The position numbers and the translations under genes are program-made. 64,000 nt of DNA from a virus (taxonomy: Duplodnaviria > Caudoviricetes), in IMG/VR virus record IMGVR_UViG_3300020388_000011, positions 1 to 64,000 of that record; one strand, given 5' to 3'. Shown in pieces: positions 1 through 15,806 of this stretch (position 1 is the first letter of the stretch; each line of letters starts with the position of its first letter). The notes under the pieces were generated by a model that was not told the origin of the DNA, ran no database searches, and saw only the letters and a list, made by a program, of their open reading frames with translations.

Positions 1-57
1 CGATTCCATTTAAAGATCGTATGGCGAGCATATAATACCCCCTATCAATTTTTTGAT

Positions 58-83
58 AACCCCCCTCGGAAAGGGGTTTTTTT
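58..83 (+). terminator. Rho-independent terminator of upstream gene
   Basis: AACCCCCT-CGGAA-AGGGGTT hairpin followed by a T run. Confidence 0.75.
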
Positions 84-84
84 A

Positions 85-93
85 TGCTATAAT
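85..93 (+). promoter_or_regulatory. Extended -10 sigma70-type (early) promoter for glycan cluster
   Basis: TGCTATAAT directly after the terminator, 23 nt before the gmd ATG. Confidence 0.65.
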
Positions 94-116
94 GTATTTT
101 AAGTATTCCATTTGTA

Positions 117-1118
117 ATGAAAGTAGCACTTATTACGGGTATCACGGGACAAGACGGATCTTACCTAGCTGAACTTCTCCTTCAAAAAGGTTATGAAGTT
201 CACGGTATTGTCCGCCGTGCCTCTTTGATTAACACCCATAGAATTGATCATATTTTTGACCGCATCACTCTCCACTATGGAGACCTAACAGATGCCCTAG
301 GTATTGTTAAGATCATTAAGGAAGTCCAACCAGAAGAGATCTATAACCTAGGTGCCCAGAGTCACGTTAAGGTTTCTTTTGATCAGCCAGAGTATACAGC
401 AAATACCGACGCACTAGGCACTCTACGTGTCCTAGAAGCCGTCCGTTTACTTGGTATGGATGATTCAGTACGAATCTATCAGGCTAGCACCAGTGAGCTT
501 TACGGGCTAGTACAGGAGACACCACAAACAGAAACCACTCCGATGTATCCACGTTCTCCTTATGGAGTTGCTAAACTATACGGGTACTGGATCATTAAGA
601 ACTACCGAGAAAGCTATGACTTACATGCCTCTAGCGGAATTCTATTCAACCACGAGAGCAGCCGCCGTGGAGAGACGTTCGTCACGCGCAAGATCGTCCG
701 AGCCTTGTCCAGAATTAGTGTGGGACTCCAAAGTGATCTCCAACTTGGAAACCTCAATGCCCGACGTGACTGGGGACACGCGCAAGACTTCGTTGAAGCA
801 ATGTGGCTTATGCTCCAACAGGAGAAGCCCGATGACTATGTTATCGCAACTGGTGAGCAGTATTCGGTCAAGGATTTTGTAGATGCTGCTGCTCCATACT
901 TTGGCTTCAACATTGAGTGGAGAGGAGAAGGTCTAGATGAGTTTGGTTACTGCCTAAACACCAGTAGAACAGTCATCAAAGTCCATCCTAAATATTTTCG
1001 ACCAGCAGAAGTGGAAACTCTTCTCGGCGATCCAACCAAAGCAAAAAAAGTTTTGGGATGGGAGCCTAAATTTACATTTGATGAACTAGTTGAAGAGATG
1101 GTACTTAATGGACAATAA
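117..1118 (+). CDS. gmd: GDP-mannose 4,6-dehydratase
   Basis: [54 protein letters not shown] motifs. Confidence 0.97.
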   Translation: MKVALITGITGQDGSYLAELLLQKGYEVHGIVRRASLINTHRIDHIFDRITLHYGDLTDALGIVKIIKEVQPEEIYNLGAQSHVKVSFDQPEYTANTDALGTLRVLEAVRLLGMDDSVRIYQASTSELYGLVQETPQTETTPMYPRSPYGVAKLYGYWIIKNYRESYDLHASSGILFNHESSRRGETFVTRKIVRALSRISVGLQSDLQLGNLNARRDWGHAQDFVEAMWLMLQQEKPDDYVIATGEQYSVKDFVDAAAPYFGFNIEWRGEGLDEFGYCLNTSRTVIKVHPKYFRPAEVETLLGDPTKAKKVLGWEPKFTFDELVEEMVLNGQ

Positions 1119-2031
1119 TTCTACGATTGCTATTTTTGGATCGGGTGGTTTGGCGGGAGGAGCAATCACCAGACAGTTTATAAACAAAAGACACAAACTA
1201 CTCCTACCCCGTAGCAAAGATCTAGATTTACGTGAACAAGCAGATGTTCGTGCTTGGTTCAAAGCTAATAAGGTTGATTATGTTATCCTAGCCGCTGCCC
1301 TAGTCGGTGGTATTATGGCTAACAAGACTCGTAAAGCAGAGTTCTTACACGACAATCTAATGATGCAGTGTAATGTAATTGACTCATCATATTATTCAGG
1401 TGTTAAGAAGCTCCTATTCCTAGGAACATCTTGCATCTATCCAGCTGGACGTCAACACCCACTAAAAGAAAATGAACTCCTTACGGGGGCTCTTGAGCCT
1501 ACTAACGACGCATACTCAATCGCAAAGATCGCAGGAATCAAACAGTGTGACTTCTACAGGGAGCAATACGGATTTGATGCTATCTCTATTATGCCTCCTA
1601 ATCTATATGGTCCTGGAGACAATTTCCACGAGGAATCAGGTCACGTCCTCGCATCATTGATGAACCGCTTCCACAACGCCAAGGTGGCTGGTGAAGACAC
1701 TGTTACCTGCTGGGGTGACGGAACACCTATGAGAGAGTTTCTCTTCGCCGAAGACCTTGGAGAAGCCTGTATGTTCTTTATGGATAACTATAGCGACTAC
1801 GGTCACATTAATGTTGGAACTGGTGAGGACATTACTATCAAACAACTTGCAGAAAGTGTGGCAGAGGTAGTTGGGTTTACTGGAAAAATCCTATGGGATA
1901 CAACAAAACCTAATGGTAATCCACGCAAACTACTTGACAGCACTAGGGCTAATCAGCTAGGATGGAAGCCTAGCACTGCTTTTAAAGACGGTCTACAGCA
2001 AACTTATCGTTGGTATTTGAAGAATGTTTGA
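1108..2031 (+). CDS. fcl: GDP-L-fucose synthase family epimerase/reductase (Fcl/WcaG; possibly acting as ColC GDP-colitose synthase)
   Basis: [51 protein letters not shown]; start chosen at ATG 1108 overlapping gmd end. Confidence 0.92.
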   Translation: MDNNSTIAIFGSGGLAGGAITRQFINKRHKLLLPRSKDLDLREQADVRAWFKANKVDYVILAAALVGGIMANKTRKAEFLHDNLMMQCNVIDSSYYSGVKKLLFLGTSCIYPAGRQHPLKENELLTGALEPTNDAYSIAKIAGIKQCDFYREQYGFDAISIMPPNLYGPGDNFHEESGHVLASLMNRFHNAKVAGEDTVTCWGDGTPMREFLFAEDLGEACMFFMDNYSDYGHINVGTGEDITIKQLAESVAEVVGFTGKILWDTTKPNGNPRKLLDSTRANQLGWKPSTAFKDGLQQTYRWYLKNV

Positions 2032-3190
2032 TTACAACTGGAAACTTATGGACGATACGGTTACCTTACGGGATCGTATGAGGATGGCACGGTTTGTTCT
2101 AACTACCAGTCGATTAACACAAGGACCACAAGTACGTAAATTTGAAGAACAATGGAGTGAGTGGCTTGGTGTAAAGCACTCACTATTTGTTACTTCAGGA
2201 TCCACTGCAAACTCATTGCTAGTGTCTGCTTGGAAAGACCTCAATGATATTCCAGATGGAGCAAAGGTTATTGTTCCTGCCTGTACTTGGGTGACTAACA
2301 TTGCCCCCATTATCCAGAACAACTTAACACCAGTATTCTGTGATATTAATTTAAAAGATTTTAGTTTTAATATTAGGGCACTAGGAGATATTGCGGTAAA
2401 ATATTGTAATGATCCCGATCCAATTAGAGGAGTCTTTGTTACTCACTTGCTAGGATTCCCTGCTGTTGTTGATCATTTACGTGGCTTTTTTCCTCATGCA
2501 GACATCCTAGAAGATGTATGTGAGAGCCACGGTGCATTCCTACTAAACGGTGATAGAGCTGGAACATTAGATGTTGGTGGAACATTCAGCTTCTACTTTG
2601 GTCACCATATGACTACCGTTGAAGGTGGTATGGTTTCAACCAATAACACAGAGCTATATGACCTAATGCGCATGAAGCGCTCACATGGTCTAGCTCGTGA
2701 GTCAACACACTTTGATGCATACAAGAAAATGTATTCGGACATCAATCCACAGTTCTTATTTGTAACTGATGGATATAACTTCCGTAATAATGAGATTGGT
2801 GCAGTTCTGGGGCAGTCTCAGCTCAAGCGTTTGGACTCAATGATTTATAAGCGTAATGAAAATTACCGGTCATTCTTTAATCTACTCCTAGACTATGAGG
2901 ACCTATTCTATCTACCAACGATCAACATTAGAATGAGTAGCTTTTGCTTTCCATTAATTTCTAGGGACAAGAAAACTCATATCAAACTACAAGAACTTTT
3001 GGATGAATATCTAGTTGAGTATCGCCCAGTAGTTGGAGGTAACTTACTTAAGCAACCATTCTTAAGTGGTTATAAAGCACACTGCCCTAACGCAGATATA
3101 CTCCATGATAGAGGTCTATATATTGGTAATAGTCATTTTGTTGATGATGGGCATTTGAATATGCTTGAAGAAATTTTGGAGCAACTTTAA
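2024..3190 (+). CDS. colD: PLP-dependent DegT-family sugar enzyme, ColD-like GDP-4-keto-6-deoxy-D-mannose 3-dehydratase
   Basis: SGSTAN, EDVCESHGA, FSFYFGHHMTTVEGG with His at the position of the Schiff-base Lys, GYNFR, YRPVVGGNL. Confidence 0.8.
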   Translation: MFDYNWKLMDDTVTLRDRMRMARFVLTTSRLTQGPQVRKFEEQWSEWLGVKHSLFVTSGSTANSLLVSAWKDLNDIPDGAKVIVPACTWVTNIAPIIQNNLTPVFCDINLKDFSFNIRALGDIAVKYCNDPDPIRGVFVTHLLGFPAVVDHLRGFFPHADILEDVCESHGAFLLNGDRAGTLDVGGTFSFYFGHHMTTVEGGMVSTNNTELYDLMRMKRSHGLARESTHFDAYKKMYSDINPQFLFVTDGYNFRNNEIGAVLGQSQLKRLDSMIYKRNENYRSFFNLLLDYEDLFYLPTINIRMSSFCFPLISRDKKTHIKLQELLDEYLVEYRPVVGGNLLKQPFLSGYKAHCPNADILHDRGLYIGNSHFVDDGHLNMLEEILEQL

Positions 3191-3191
3191 T

Positions 3192-3806
3192 ATGGGAATC
3201 TATAAGGGAAGAGATTTTGCTTTTTATATCTCACCCAAAACTGGTGGAACAACTATTCGTTCATGGATCGTATATTCGCAGACAGAGACTTTAGAAATTC
3301 AGACTCTGGATAAAAATGAATATTCAGTACAGAATGGTATTGGTCAGCAATTAATAACCAATATGGGTTATTATTATAAGGGCTTTAAGGAAGTTAATTC
3401 GCCTGTTAAAGTTTGTGTTAAGAGAGATCCAGTAAGTCGTTTCTTAAGTTGCTATACGGATAAAATTTTACGAGAAAAATGCGCCAATCTTAGTATTGAT
3501 GATATTCTAGATGATCCAAACTGTCTAAAGCAGGGCAGACTTGACGGTATTAATCCTGGATACTATATGGAGAATCACTTCCTCCCACAGTCACATTATC
3601 TAGGTAATGACAATTCATACTATGATATTGTATTTGATACTAGTGAAGTTAGTACTTCTATTAGAGCCTTCTTATCCGAGAAGCTTGGGTGTGAGCTACC
3701 CAATCTTCACACAAGAAAACAAAAAAAGAAGCCTGACCTTACTCAGGATCAAGTTTCAAAGATTAAAGATTTATACGCAACAGATTATGAAAACGGATGG
3801 TTCTAA
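3192..3806 (+). CDS. Carbohydrate sulfotransferase (Sulfotransfer_2-like)
   Basis: 5'-PSB-like PKTGGTTIR, 3'-PB-like KRDPVSRFLSCY, HFLPQ, terminal LYATDY. Confidence 0.75.
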   Translation: MGIYKGRDFAFYISPKTGGTTIRSWIVYSQTETLEIQTLDKNEYSVQNGIGQQLITNMGYYYKGFKEVNSPVKVCVKRDPVSRFLSCYTDKILREKCANLSIDDILDDPNCLKQGRLDGINPGYYMENHFLPQSHYLGNDNSYYDIVFDTSEVSTSIRAFLSEKLGCELPNLHTRKQKKKPDLTQDQVSKIKDLYATDYENGWF

Positions 3807-3807
3807 C

Positions 3808-4359
3808 ATGAAAAAACTTATTGAATTAATTAGAGAGTTTAGTCTAAATAAAACTGATAAACATACTGCGCATTCTTACATTGAGCATTTCTATCAAGAC
3901 TTTTTTGAGCCTTACCGAGATGGAGAACTTAACGTATTAGAGATTGGAACTAGAGAAGGTGATTCATTAAGACTTTGGGAACACGCTTTCCCAAAATCAA
4001 AAATTTATGGAGTTGATAACAACAAATCTAAAAAATTTAAAGATGTCCTATCAGAAAGAATCATAGTTACTTTTGGTGATGCCTATACGGAAAAGGTTGT
4101 AGAGTCATTGCCATCTTTTGATATCATCATTGATGATGGTCCCCACACTGTAGAATCTCAAATTAAGTGTCTTGAGTTTTATCTTTCAAAATTAAATGAT
4201 GGAGGAGTACTTCTTATTGAAGATATTCAGAAGTATGAGTACATTGCTATGCTAGAAAATAAGTATAAGGAGCTTGGGGGTGAAAAGGAAGTTGAGTTTT
4301 ATGACTTAAGATCTATCAAGCATAGATATGATGACATTATTGTGGTGTTTAGAAAATGA
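3808..4359 (+). CDS. Class I SAM-dependent (sugar O-) methyltransferase
   Basis: TDK..HSY, VLEIG, IYGVD, DIIIDDGPH, GGVLLIED; start at ATG 3808. Confidence 0.8.
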   Translation: MKKLIELIREFSLNKTDKHTAHSYIEHFYQDFFEPYRDGELNVLEIGTREGDSLRLWEHAFPKSKIYGVDNNKSKKFKDVLSERIIVTFGDAYTEKVVESLPSFDIIIDDGPHTVESQIKCLEFYLSKLNDGGVLLIEDIQKYEYIAMLENKYKELGGEKEVEFYDLRSIKHRYDDIIVVFRK

Positions 4360-5636
4360 AAAATCTCATTGTTCAAGTATTCTTTGATAGGTCATTAATT
4401 ACTGGACACGAGAGTTTTATTGATGACGGTACTAGAGGTTCAATGCTTTCTGCGAAGACATTAAACCGAGATCTATATCAGCACTCACAAATCCTTGCCA
4501 AGCGTTATGCTGAAAGATGTGGCGCTGAGTATATTTTATTTGACTCTCCTTATATTGACTTTTTTAATCCCACTCAAGAGAGATTTAGATTAGTCGTTGA
4601 AGAAAAATGGGCTAATGAATATGATAATATTCTTTATCTAGACTGTGATGCATTTGTGTATGACGATTGTCCCAATATCTTTGAGCTATATCCTCAAGAA
4701 AATATGCGAGTTGTTAGGGATATGAACCCAGCAATCCCATATACAGAGACCAAAATTATGAATGAGTGTGGGATTGATAAAATCAGACGTTCATACTTCA
4801 ATGCTGGTGTTATTCTTTTTCATAAATCCAGTCTATTAGCACTCAGAGATCTTATTCAATATAAAGAGAGATTCCATGAATTTCCCTATGGTGATCAGTC
4901 CGAACTTAATTATTGTGTGCTAAAATATGGTGTGCCTCATACAGTAATGGATCAGGATTATAACTCCTTCCAACCAAGTGCGAAGATTGCACACTTATAT
5001 GGACCCCAAAAACTAAACAACAAATTTCATTTACAAAAAGCAGAAATTCAAGCAGGAGAAACTATGGATAACTTACCAGAGCATCTAGGCGGACAAGTAA
5101 GAGGTAATATTGATGTTGCCCTAATGGAGTATATCAATTCAACATTCACAGACATTGAGTCTATGATTGACTTGGGCTGTGGTGATGGAAAAGCATCAAA
5201 AACTTATGGTGAGAAGTTTGGTTATGAGTACTATGGCTTCGATGGTGATTGGATCAGACTCCCTAAAACTGAAGAATATATTCTTCATGACTTTTCTCAA
5301 GGTCCCATTGAGTTTGATCCAGAAGATACTTCATTCGATCTCGCATATTCAGTTGAATTCCTTGAGCATGTTGAGGAGGAGTATCAAGATAACTATATGA
5401 GCCTAATTGCTAGATGTAAGTATGCGGTAGTAACTGCAGCGCCTCCAGGAACACCTGGTCACCATCATGTAAACTGTAGAACAGAGCAGTATTGGGTTGA
5501 TGTATTTGCTAAGTATGGTTTTGAATTTCTCCCAGAAATTACCAAAATTGCAAGAGAAAAATCTCTAAACAGATGTAATCAAGGTAAGGAAAAAAATCAA
5601 TTCTTTAAGCTATCTGGTATGGTATTCAAAAAATAA
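4356..5636 (+). CDS. GT8-like glycosyltransferase fused to SAM methyltransferase
   Basis: N-half YLDCD, YFNAGV, GDQSELN, HLYG; C-half IDLGCGDG, FDLAYSVEFLEHV, PGHHHVNC. Confidence 0.8.
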   Translation: MKNLIVQVFFDRSLITGHESFIDDGTRGSMLSAKTLNRDLYQHSQILAKRYAERCGAEYILFDSPYIDFFNPTQERFRLVVEEKWANEYDNILYLDCDAFVYDDCPNIFELYPQENMRVVRDMNPAIPYTETKIMNECGIDKIRRSYFNAGVILFHKSSLLALRDLIQYKERFHEFPYGDQSELNYCVLKYGVPHTVMDQDYNSFQPSAKIAHLYGPQKLNNKFHLQKAEIQAGETMDNLPEHLGGQVRGNIDVALMEYINSTFTDIESMIDLGCGDGKASKTYGEKFGYEYYGFDGDWIRLPKTEEYILHDFSQGPIEFDPEDTSFDLAYSVEFLEHVEEEYQDNYMSLIARCKYAVVTAAPPGTPGHHHVNCRTEQYWVDVFAKYGFEFLPEITKIAREKSLNRCNQGKEKNQFFKLSGMVFKK

Positions 5637-5637
5637 T

Positions 5638-6567
5638 ATGAAAGAATTCTACGAATCAGATTTATTTGATGTGTGGGATGTTGGGGCTTTGAGGACACTC
5701 AATCAGAGCCCCACTTTAAATGTTTATACCGATGCTACTATCACTAAAAATGGGTGTGTTAGTACTGATGGCAAAATTATTGAAGAGTCTATACACATTA
5801 GAGGGGCTAATAAACTTGTATCGGGTAAGCCATCACCTTCAGTAAAGGCGACTCATACTAGTGAACGTGCGTATTATTTTGGTTATTCCAACTCATCACA
5901 TTGGGGACATTACCTCACAGAAACCGTTGCTAGATCTGGTCATCTTGATATAGATCCAATAGATGTATACCATTCTGGGGATATTTCTAGAATTAAAAAG
6001 TTCTACCCCCAACATAAGTACATACATATTTCCAATGCAGTTAAATGTGAGACTTTATATGTTCCTGTTCCAACCATGGTAAATCTATGGAATATATTTC
6101 CAGAACATATTAAAGTTTGCCAAAAAATTGGAGATATATATGGAAGAGATTTTCTCCCAAACAAGAGAGTATATCTATCAAGGACCACTCAACCAAAACA
6201 TCGTAGATGGACTGAAGGTGAACCAGAGCTAGAGGAATTATTATCTACTGCTGGTTGGAAAATCGTACACTGTGCTCACTTATCACCTAGAGAGCAAATT
6301 GGATACATTGAAAATACCCAATACTTAACTGGATGTATTGGATCATCGTTTCATAATCTTATGATGACTAGACAAAATCCTGGAAAAGTTGTGTATTTGA
6401 CATGTGATATTGATAATACCAATCCAAATTACGCATTACATGATAGAATATTGGGTAATGATAGTGTATACCTAGACTGTCAGGTTGTTAGTAATCCATC
6501 TAATCGAACCAAAAAAATACTCAATCCCATAGAAGTTTTTGAGTATCTTCAAGATACATGTATTTAA
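5638..6567 (+). CDS. GT61 (DUF563)-like glycosyltransferase
   Basis: HWGHYLTE, RVYLSR, LSPREQI, GSSFHN motifs. Confidence 0.7.
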   Translation: MKEFYESDLFDVWDVGALRTLNQSPTLNVYTDATITKNGCVSTDGKIIEESIHIRGANKLVSGKPSPSVKATHTSERAYYFGYSNSSHWGHYLTETVARSGHLDIDPIDVYHSGDISRIKKFYPQHKYIHISNAVKCETLYVPVPTMVNLWNIFPEHIKVCQKIGDIYGRDFLPNKRVYLSRTTQPKHRRWTEGEPELEELLSTAGWKIVHCAHLSPREQIGYIENTQYLTGCIGSSFHNLMMTRQNPGKVVYLTCDIDNTNPNYALHDRILGNDSVYLDCQVVSNPSNRTKKILNPIEVFEYLQDTCI

Positions 6568-6576
6568 TTTATTATT

Positions 6577-7473
6577 ATGAAAAAATCTTTAGTTACGGGT
6601 GGAGCAGGTTTTATTGGCTCCCATATTGTTGATCGCTTACTTGAACTAGGACACGATGTTGTCGTTATTGATAACGAAAGTTCTGATGGTCATGATGCAT
6701 ACTATTGGAATAATCGATGTGAGAATCATAAAGTAGATATTCGTAACTTTGATTCTATAGCTTCAATATTTAATGGTGTTAATTTTGTTTATCATCTAGC
6801 AGCTAAGGCAAGCGTACAAGCATCTGTAGACAATCCATTACCTACTTTATTGACACAAGTTATGGGTACCGCTAATGTACTTGAAGCAGCCCGTCTAGCT
6901 GGTTGTGAGAAGCTTGTGTACTCATCTACATCTGCTTGTTATGGAAACAACAATCCAATTCCAAACGTAGAAACAATGCGTGAGGATCCTTTGAATGCAT
7001 ATGCTATAGGTAAGCTGTGTGGTGAACAACTAGTTCGTTCATACTATCATCTATATGGATTAAAGACAGTAGCATTTCGTTATACTAATGTGTATGGTGA
7101 GAGGGCGAGGCACGTTGGAACATATGCCCCAGTAGTAAGTAAGTTTATTAAGTGTCGTAATGAAAACTCCCCTTTAACAATTTTTGGTGATGGCTTACAG
7201 CGTAGAGATTTTATTCATGTTAGTGATGTTGTAAATGCAAACGCAAGTATTGCCTTTACCGAGTTGGATTCATGGGGAGAGACCTTCAATATTGGTTTCG
7301 GTGAAAATTGGTCAGTTCAAGAGTTGGCTGATCTCGTATCAGATAATCAAGTACATTTGTCTGCTAGAACAGGAGAGATGAAAGAAACTCTTGCACATAT
7401 TGGAAAAGCTAAAGCCGAACTATTTTGGGGTCCAAAAGTAAGAGTAACCGATTGGATTAAGAGTCAACTATGA
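6577..7473 (+). CDS. NAD-dependent nucleotide-sugar epimerase/dehydratase
   Basis: LVTGGAGFIGSH, YSSTSACYG, YAIGK (YxxxK), RYTNVYG, GDGLQRRDFIHV. Confidence 0.92.
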   Translation: MKKSLVTGGAGFIGSHIVDRLLELGHDVVVIDNESSDGHDAYYWNNRCENHKVDIRNFDSIASIFNGVNFVYHLAAKASVQASVDNPLPTLLTQVMGTANVLEAARLAGCEKLVYSSTSACYGNNNPIPNVETMREDPLNAYAIGKLCGEQLVRSYYHLYGLKTVAFRYTNVYGERARHVGTYAPVVSKFIKCRNENSPLTIFGDGLQRRDFIHVSDVVNANASIAFTELDSWGETFNIGFGENWSVQELADLVSDNQVHLSARTGEMKETLAHIGKAKAELFWGPKVRVTDWIKSQL

Positions 7474-8273
7474 AACCCAATTTAACTGATACTACCTTTA
7501 TTATTCCATTGCGTATTGAAAGTGGTGATCGTATGCGCAATGTTATTACATCATTGTGTTATCTCTTAGACTCTTTTGATACTAATATTATTATTAAAGA
7601 AGGCGACAGTACATCTGTATTTCTTGATAGCGTTCTCCCTCAAGTCAAAGAGTTTCTTGAAGTAGATGATATACCCAACCTCACTCACGTCTTTGAAAAT
7701 ACTGATGATAGTGAATTTCATAGGACAAGATATCTCAATGAGATGACTCATATGGCTACTACTAAAGTGGTAGTGAATTATGACTGTGATATAATCCTTC
7801 CTCTAGAGTCCTACATAAAGGCACAGGAGATGATTATTGATGGACTTTCTGATGTGGTCTATCCATATGGTTTCGGAGACTATGCTCGTATGGCGCAAGT
7901 TGATGATGAAACTGTTTCTGAATTCTTGACTGAAGGATTTAGTATTGATCTCTTGGAATCCAAATCAGTGGCAAACAATGCTCGTTTTGGTTTCTGTCAA
8001 TTCTTTGACAGGGAAGTATACATCAGTGGTGGCGGGGAAAACGAAAGATTTATTGCGTATGCTCCAGAAGATGAGGAAAGGGCTTACCGATTCAGCACTT
8101 TGGGGTATAGGGTGGATAGAATTGATGCATTTGTTTATCACTTGGAGCATTCAAGAACACCTAATTCGTGGTATAATAATCCACATATGGCAAACAATTT
8201 TGCCTTATGGGAAGACCTACAGAAAATGGACAAGCAGGAACTAATTCAGTACTACAACTTATACAATGGATAA
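7470..8273 (+). CDS. GT2/GT7C-like glycosyltransferase
   Basis: TFIIP, NYDCDIILP (DxD), GGENERFIAYAPEDEER, YHLEH. Confidence 0.78.
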   Translation: MKPNLTDTTFIIPLRIESGDRMRNVITSLCYLLDSFDTNIIIKEGDSTSVFLDSVLPQVKEFLEVDDIPNLTHVFENTDDSEFHRTRYLNEMTHMATTKVVVNYDCDIILPLESYIKAQEMIIDGLSDVVYPYGFGDYARMAQVDDETVSEFLTEGFSIDLLESKSVANNARFGFCQFFDREVYISGGGENERFIAYAPEDEERAYRFSTLGYRVDRIDAFVYHLEHSRTPNSWYNNPHMANNFALWEDLQKMDKQELIQYYNLYNG

Positions 8274-9093
8274 AAACAAAGCAATCGGTAAGTTACGTGG
8301 GATCCCTAGGATCTTCTACATAAATCTGGATGATCATACAGAACGTCGTCAATATATGGAAGACCAGTTTGAATACTGGGGTATTCCTGAAGACAGATAT
8401 ACTAGAGTCCCTGCTCACGATGGGCGAGGAGATAATGATCTAGGTCATATTTTAAAGGGAACATATCCAAAATTAATGACCTCGGGTGAAGTTGGGTGTA
8501 CTGTTTCACATTTAAGGGCACTCAAGCATTGGGTAGATAATTATCCAGAAGAAGAATATCTTGTGGTTATGGAAGATGATTGTGACATTTCACCAGCTGC
8601 CTTCTGGGGATTTACATGGAATGATTTTGCGCGTAAAGTTCCTTATCACTTTGATGTGATTCAGCTTGCGGTCATTAATCCAGTTGAAGTTCATATCAAA
8701 TTACATTTGCGATTTGTCAACGACTTCTCAACTGCCTGCTATATTATCCGTAGACACCACGCAGAGAAGCTAGTCAAACTTCACTGTCGTGGGGATAAGT
8801 ATAAGCTTGACCAGAACGTCAAGCCTCGTGCTGTTGCCGATGACCTCATCTACAATTCTGGATTATCTTTTGCTATTCCACTATTTCTATATAAGATTGA
8901 TTTAGGTTCTAGTATTCATGATATTCACGTGAATACTTTTCATAGAAGTAGTCATGATGGTCTATGGCAATTTTGGAGAGAACAAGCACCATCTATTCAG
9001 GAGTGGGATCCATTCTTTGATTATGATCCTTATTATGGCACACTTCCCCCTAGCCTAATCTCTAAACAAGCCATCGCCGATCATAATAAATAA
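8266..9093 (+). CDS. GT25 family glycosyltransferase
   Basis: [30 protein letters not shown]. Confidence 0.88.
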   Translation: MDKNKAIGKLRGIPRIFYINLDDHTERRQYMEDQFEYWGIPEDRYTRVPAHDGRGDNDLGHILKGTYPKLMTSGEVGCTVSHLRALKHWVDNYPEEEYLVVMEDDCDISPAAFWGFTWNDFARKVPYHFDVIQLAVINPVEVHIKLHLRFVNDFSTACYIIRRHHAEKLVKLHCRGDKYKLDQNVKPRAVADDLIYNSGLSFAIPLFLYKIDLGSSIHDIHVNTFHRSSHDGLWQFWREQAPSIQEWDPFFDYDPYYGTLPPSLISKQAIADHNK

Positions 9094-9131
9094 GATATCA
9101 AGAACTAAGAAAATACTCTCTCCTTTATACT

Positions 9132-13550
<4,419 letters not shown>

Positions 13551-13584
13551 ATAAATCATAGCGAAGTACTGTTACCATTAGATC

Positions 13585-15765
13585 ATGGCAGCCTTTAATT
13601 TTCCAGCGAACCCAAGTATAGGAGACCAAGTAACAAATGGTGGAGTTACTTATACTTGGGATGGTTATAAATGGAACACCACAACCGCACCTTTTAACGT
13701 AGGTGCTACTGGCGCTACGGGCTCATTGGGATTTGGAATCTATGCATTTTGTAGAACTACATCTACTGGTGTCTTACTTCCAAATTATGGTAGCGGTATT
13801 TTTAGTGTAAGTAGATTATCAACGGGTGTGTATAGATATACACTTTCCCAACCATATAATAGCGCGGATTATATGGTTCAGATTTCGTTAGTATCTTCGG
13901 GTAATATTAATCCATCTGACTGGAATACTATTGTTGAGAATATAACACCATCAACATTTGATGTATTTACATATAGAGCAAACAATACACCCATCAACCT
14001 AGAACACGCAGTTTCTGTTTATGGTGTAGATGGTCCTACAGGTACTGGTAGTGCTTATCAGTCTTGGTTGGAAGTTGGTAACTTTGGAACAGAGCAGCAA
14101 TTCATTGACTCATTACAAGGTCCTACTGGTGGTAGTGGAGTTTCAGGTGCTACAGGCGCTACAGGTCCTATTGGTCTTAATGGAGCTACAGGTCCTCAAG
14201 GTCTGGATGGAACATCTGTTGCTCTAAAAGGTACGGTTCCTGACGCAAGTGATCTACCATCAATCCCAGGTACTGTTGAGGGGGATTTGTATGTTGTTCT
14301 TAATAGTGGAAGTGGTTTTAATGCTGGTGATGGTGCCGTAAAAAATGACCTAAACACAGGTACTCTAGCTGATTGGAGTAATGTAGGTCCTCTACAAGGT
14401 CCTCAAGGTGCTAGCGGTCCTATTGGTGCCACTGGTTCTCAAGGTGCTACTGGTATTCAAGGTATACCTTCTACTGATGGCGGCTTCTTTGTTCTTTCAG
14501 GTGAAAGAAGTGGTCCTCCTGGCATCAATCAATTCTTCGCGTGGGGTAATGGAGACAGTGCTGATAATGGAGTACAAATCCAGGAAGGATGTTTCCTTGA
14601 TTATGTTTCTGTTGTAGCTGAAAGACCATTTGGAACTATCCCAGTAGAAGTTACTGCTTATGTAAATGGTTCGGCTACAGGTATTACTGCTACAGGTATC
14701 ACTGGATCAAAAATATCTACTTCTTCAGGTAGTCCTATTCAAATTTTTCCAGGTGATTATTTAAATATTAGATGTAGTCAAAATGGTAACAACTCAACTG
14801 CTGGTGGATCCATTGGTGGTTGTGTGGGTTCTCTACTACTATCAACAGCAGGTGCGCGTGGTGCTACGGGAGAAACAGGTCCTCCTGGACCCCCTGATGG
14901 TGCTACTGGCGAGAGGGGTCCTTTAGGTCCTATCGGTCCCGTTGGTCCAACTGGTCCTATTGGTGCCACAGGTCCTCAAGGTCCCACTGGTATTGGTGCT
15001 CCTGGTGCCTCTGGTCCCCTTGGTGCTACTGGTCCCAATGGTCCTGCTGGTCCTGTGGGTACTATTGTCTTAGGTACTGTTGCTGATGTTGCTAGCCTAC
15101 CCCCAAGTGCTAATGTGGGTGAAGGTTATGTAGTAACTGCCGAAGCTAATGATGTATATGTTTGGAATGGTTCCTCTTGGAATAGTATTGGTCCAGTTCA
15201 AGGTCCCCAAGGTCCTCCTGGTCCTTCTGGTCCCCAAGGTGCTACTGGTATTAAAGAGCAGTCTTATATTAAATCAACATTCTTATCCGAATCAACAGTA
15301 AACACATCAACAACATATCAGACATTTAATGTACTCAATAATTCAGCAATCCTTGAGGCAGGTGGATATAAGTATGCGGCAGAAGTACCTGGAAGACAAG
15401 GTATTGGTGCTGGCGGAATTATTGTCCCAGAAACTGGGATATATATGATTAGTGCTTCTCTATTTTACTCAACTAATGTACAGAGGGCTAGTATTGGATT
15501 GAAATTTGCTATTGCATCTGAAGCTGATCCTGAAGTTACTAACTCCGAAGGAGTTGCTCTACCAGAAGAAGCTGCTATGGGATATATTAGATCTGCTTCT
15601 GGTCATAATGAAGCATCAGTCACTCTTACAACTATCGCTAGTTTAGAATTCATTTCTGGAATTAGGGAAGATCAAGTTCAAATACAGTTGGCTAGATTGG
15701 CTGCAAGTGGTACTGTTACTTTAGAGCCTAATAGAAGTATTATTACGCTTACAAAAATTGCGTAA
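13585..15765 (+). CDS. Collagen-like fibre protein, paralogous to the C-terminal part of 9132..13550
   Basis: Gly-X-Y tracts; shared GGFF..ER.G, TAGARG, W..VG..QGPQG and GYIR...HNE.S motifs. Confidence 0.75.
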   Translation: MAAFNFPANPSIGDQVTNGGVTYTWDGYKWNTTTAPFNVGATGATGSLGFGIYAFCRTTSTGVLLPNYGSGIFSVSRLSTGVYRYTLSQPYNSADYMVQISLVSSGNINPSDWNTIVENITPSTFDVFTYRANNTPINLEHAVSVYGVDGPTGTGSAYQSWLEVGNFGTEQQFIDSLQGPTGGSGVSGATGATGPIGLNGATGPQGLDGTSVALKGTVPDASDLPSIPGTVEGDLYVVLNSGSGFNAGDGAVKNDLNTGTLADWSNVGPLQGPQGASGPIGATGSQGATGIQGIPSTDGGFFVLSGERSGPPGINQFFAWGNGDSADNGVQIQEGCFLDYVSVVAERPFGTIPVEVTAYVNGSATGITATGITGSKISTSSGSPIQIFPGDYLNIRCSQNGNNSTAGGSIGGCVGSLLLSTAGARGATGETGPPGPPDGATGERGPLGPIGPVGPTGPIGATGPQGPTGIGAPGASGPLGATGPNGPAGPVGTIVLGTVADVASLPPSANVGEGYVVTAEANDVYVWNGSSWNSIGPVQGPQGPPGPSGPQGATGIKEQSYIKSTFLSESTVNTSTTYQTFNVLNNSAILEAGGYKYAAEVPGRQGIGAGGIIVPETGIYMISASLFYSTNVQRASIGLKFAIASEADPEVTNSEGVALPEEAAMGYIRSASGHNEASVTLTTIASLEFISGIREDQVQIQLARLAASGTVTLEPNRSIITLTKIA

Positions 15766-15774
15766 TAAAATCTG

Positions 15775-15782
15775 TATAAATA
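15775..15782 (+). promoter_or_regulatory. T4-type late promoter TATAAATA
   Basis: Exact gp55 consensus in the intergenic gap; same motif at 17113, 18032, 22711, 25728, 28675, 47005, 52938, 53373. Confidence 0.75.
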
Positions 15783-15806
15783 GAAAATGATGGGCACAAA
15801 TATATC

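Noticed and set aside
2024-3190. Perosamine synthase annotation
   Set aside because: The catalytic Lys position holds His
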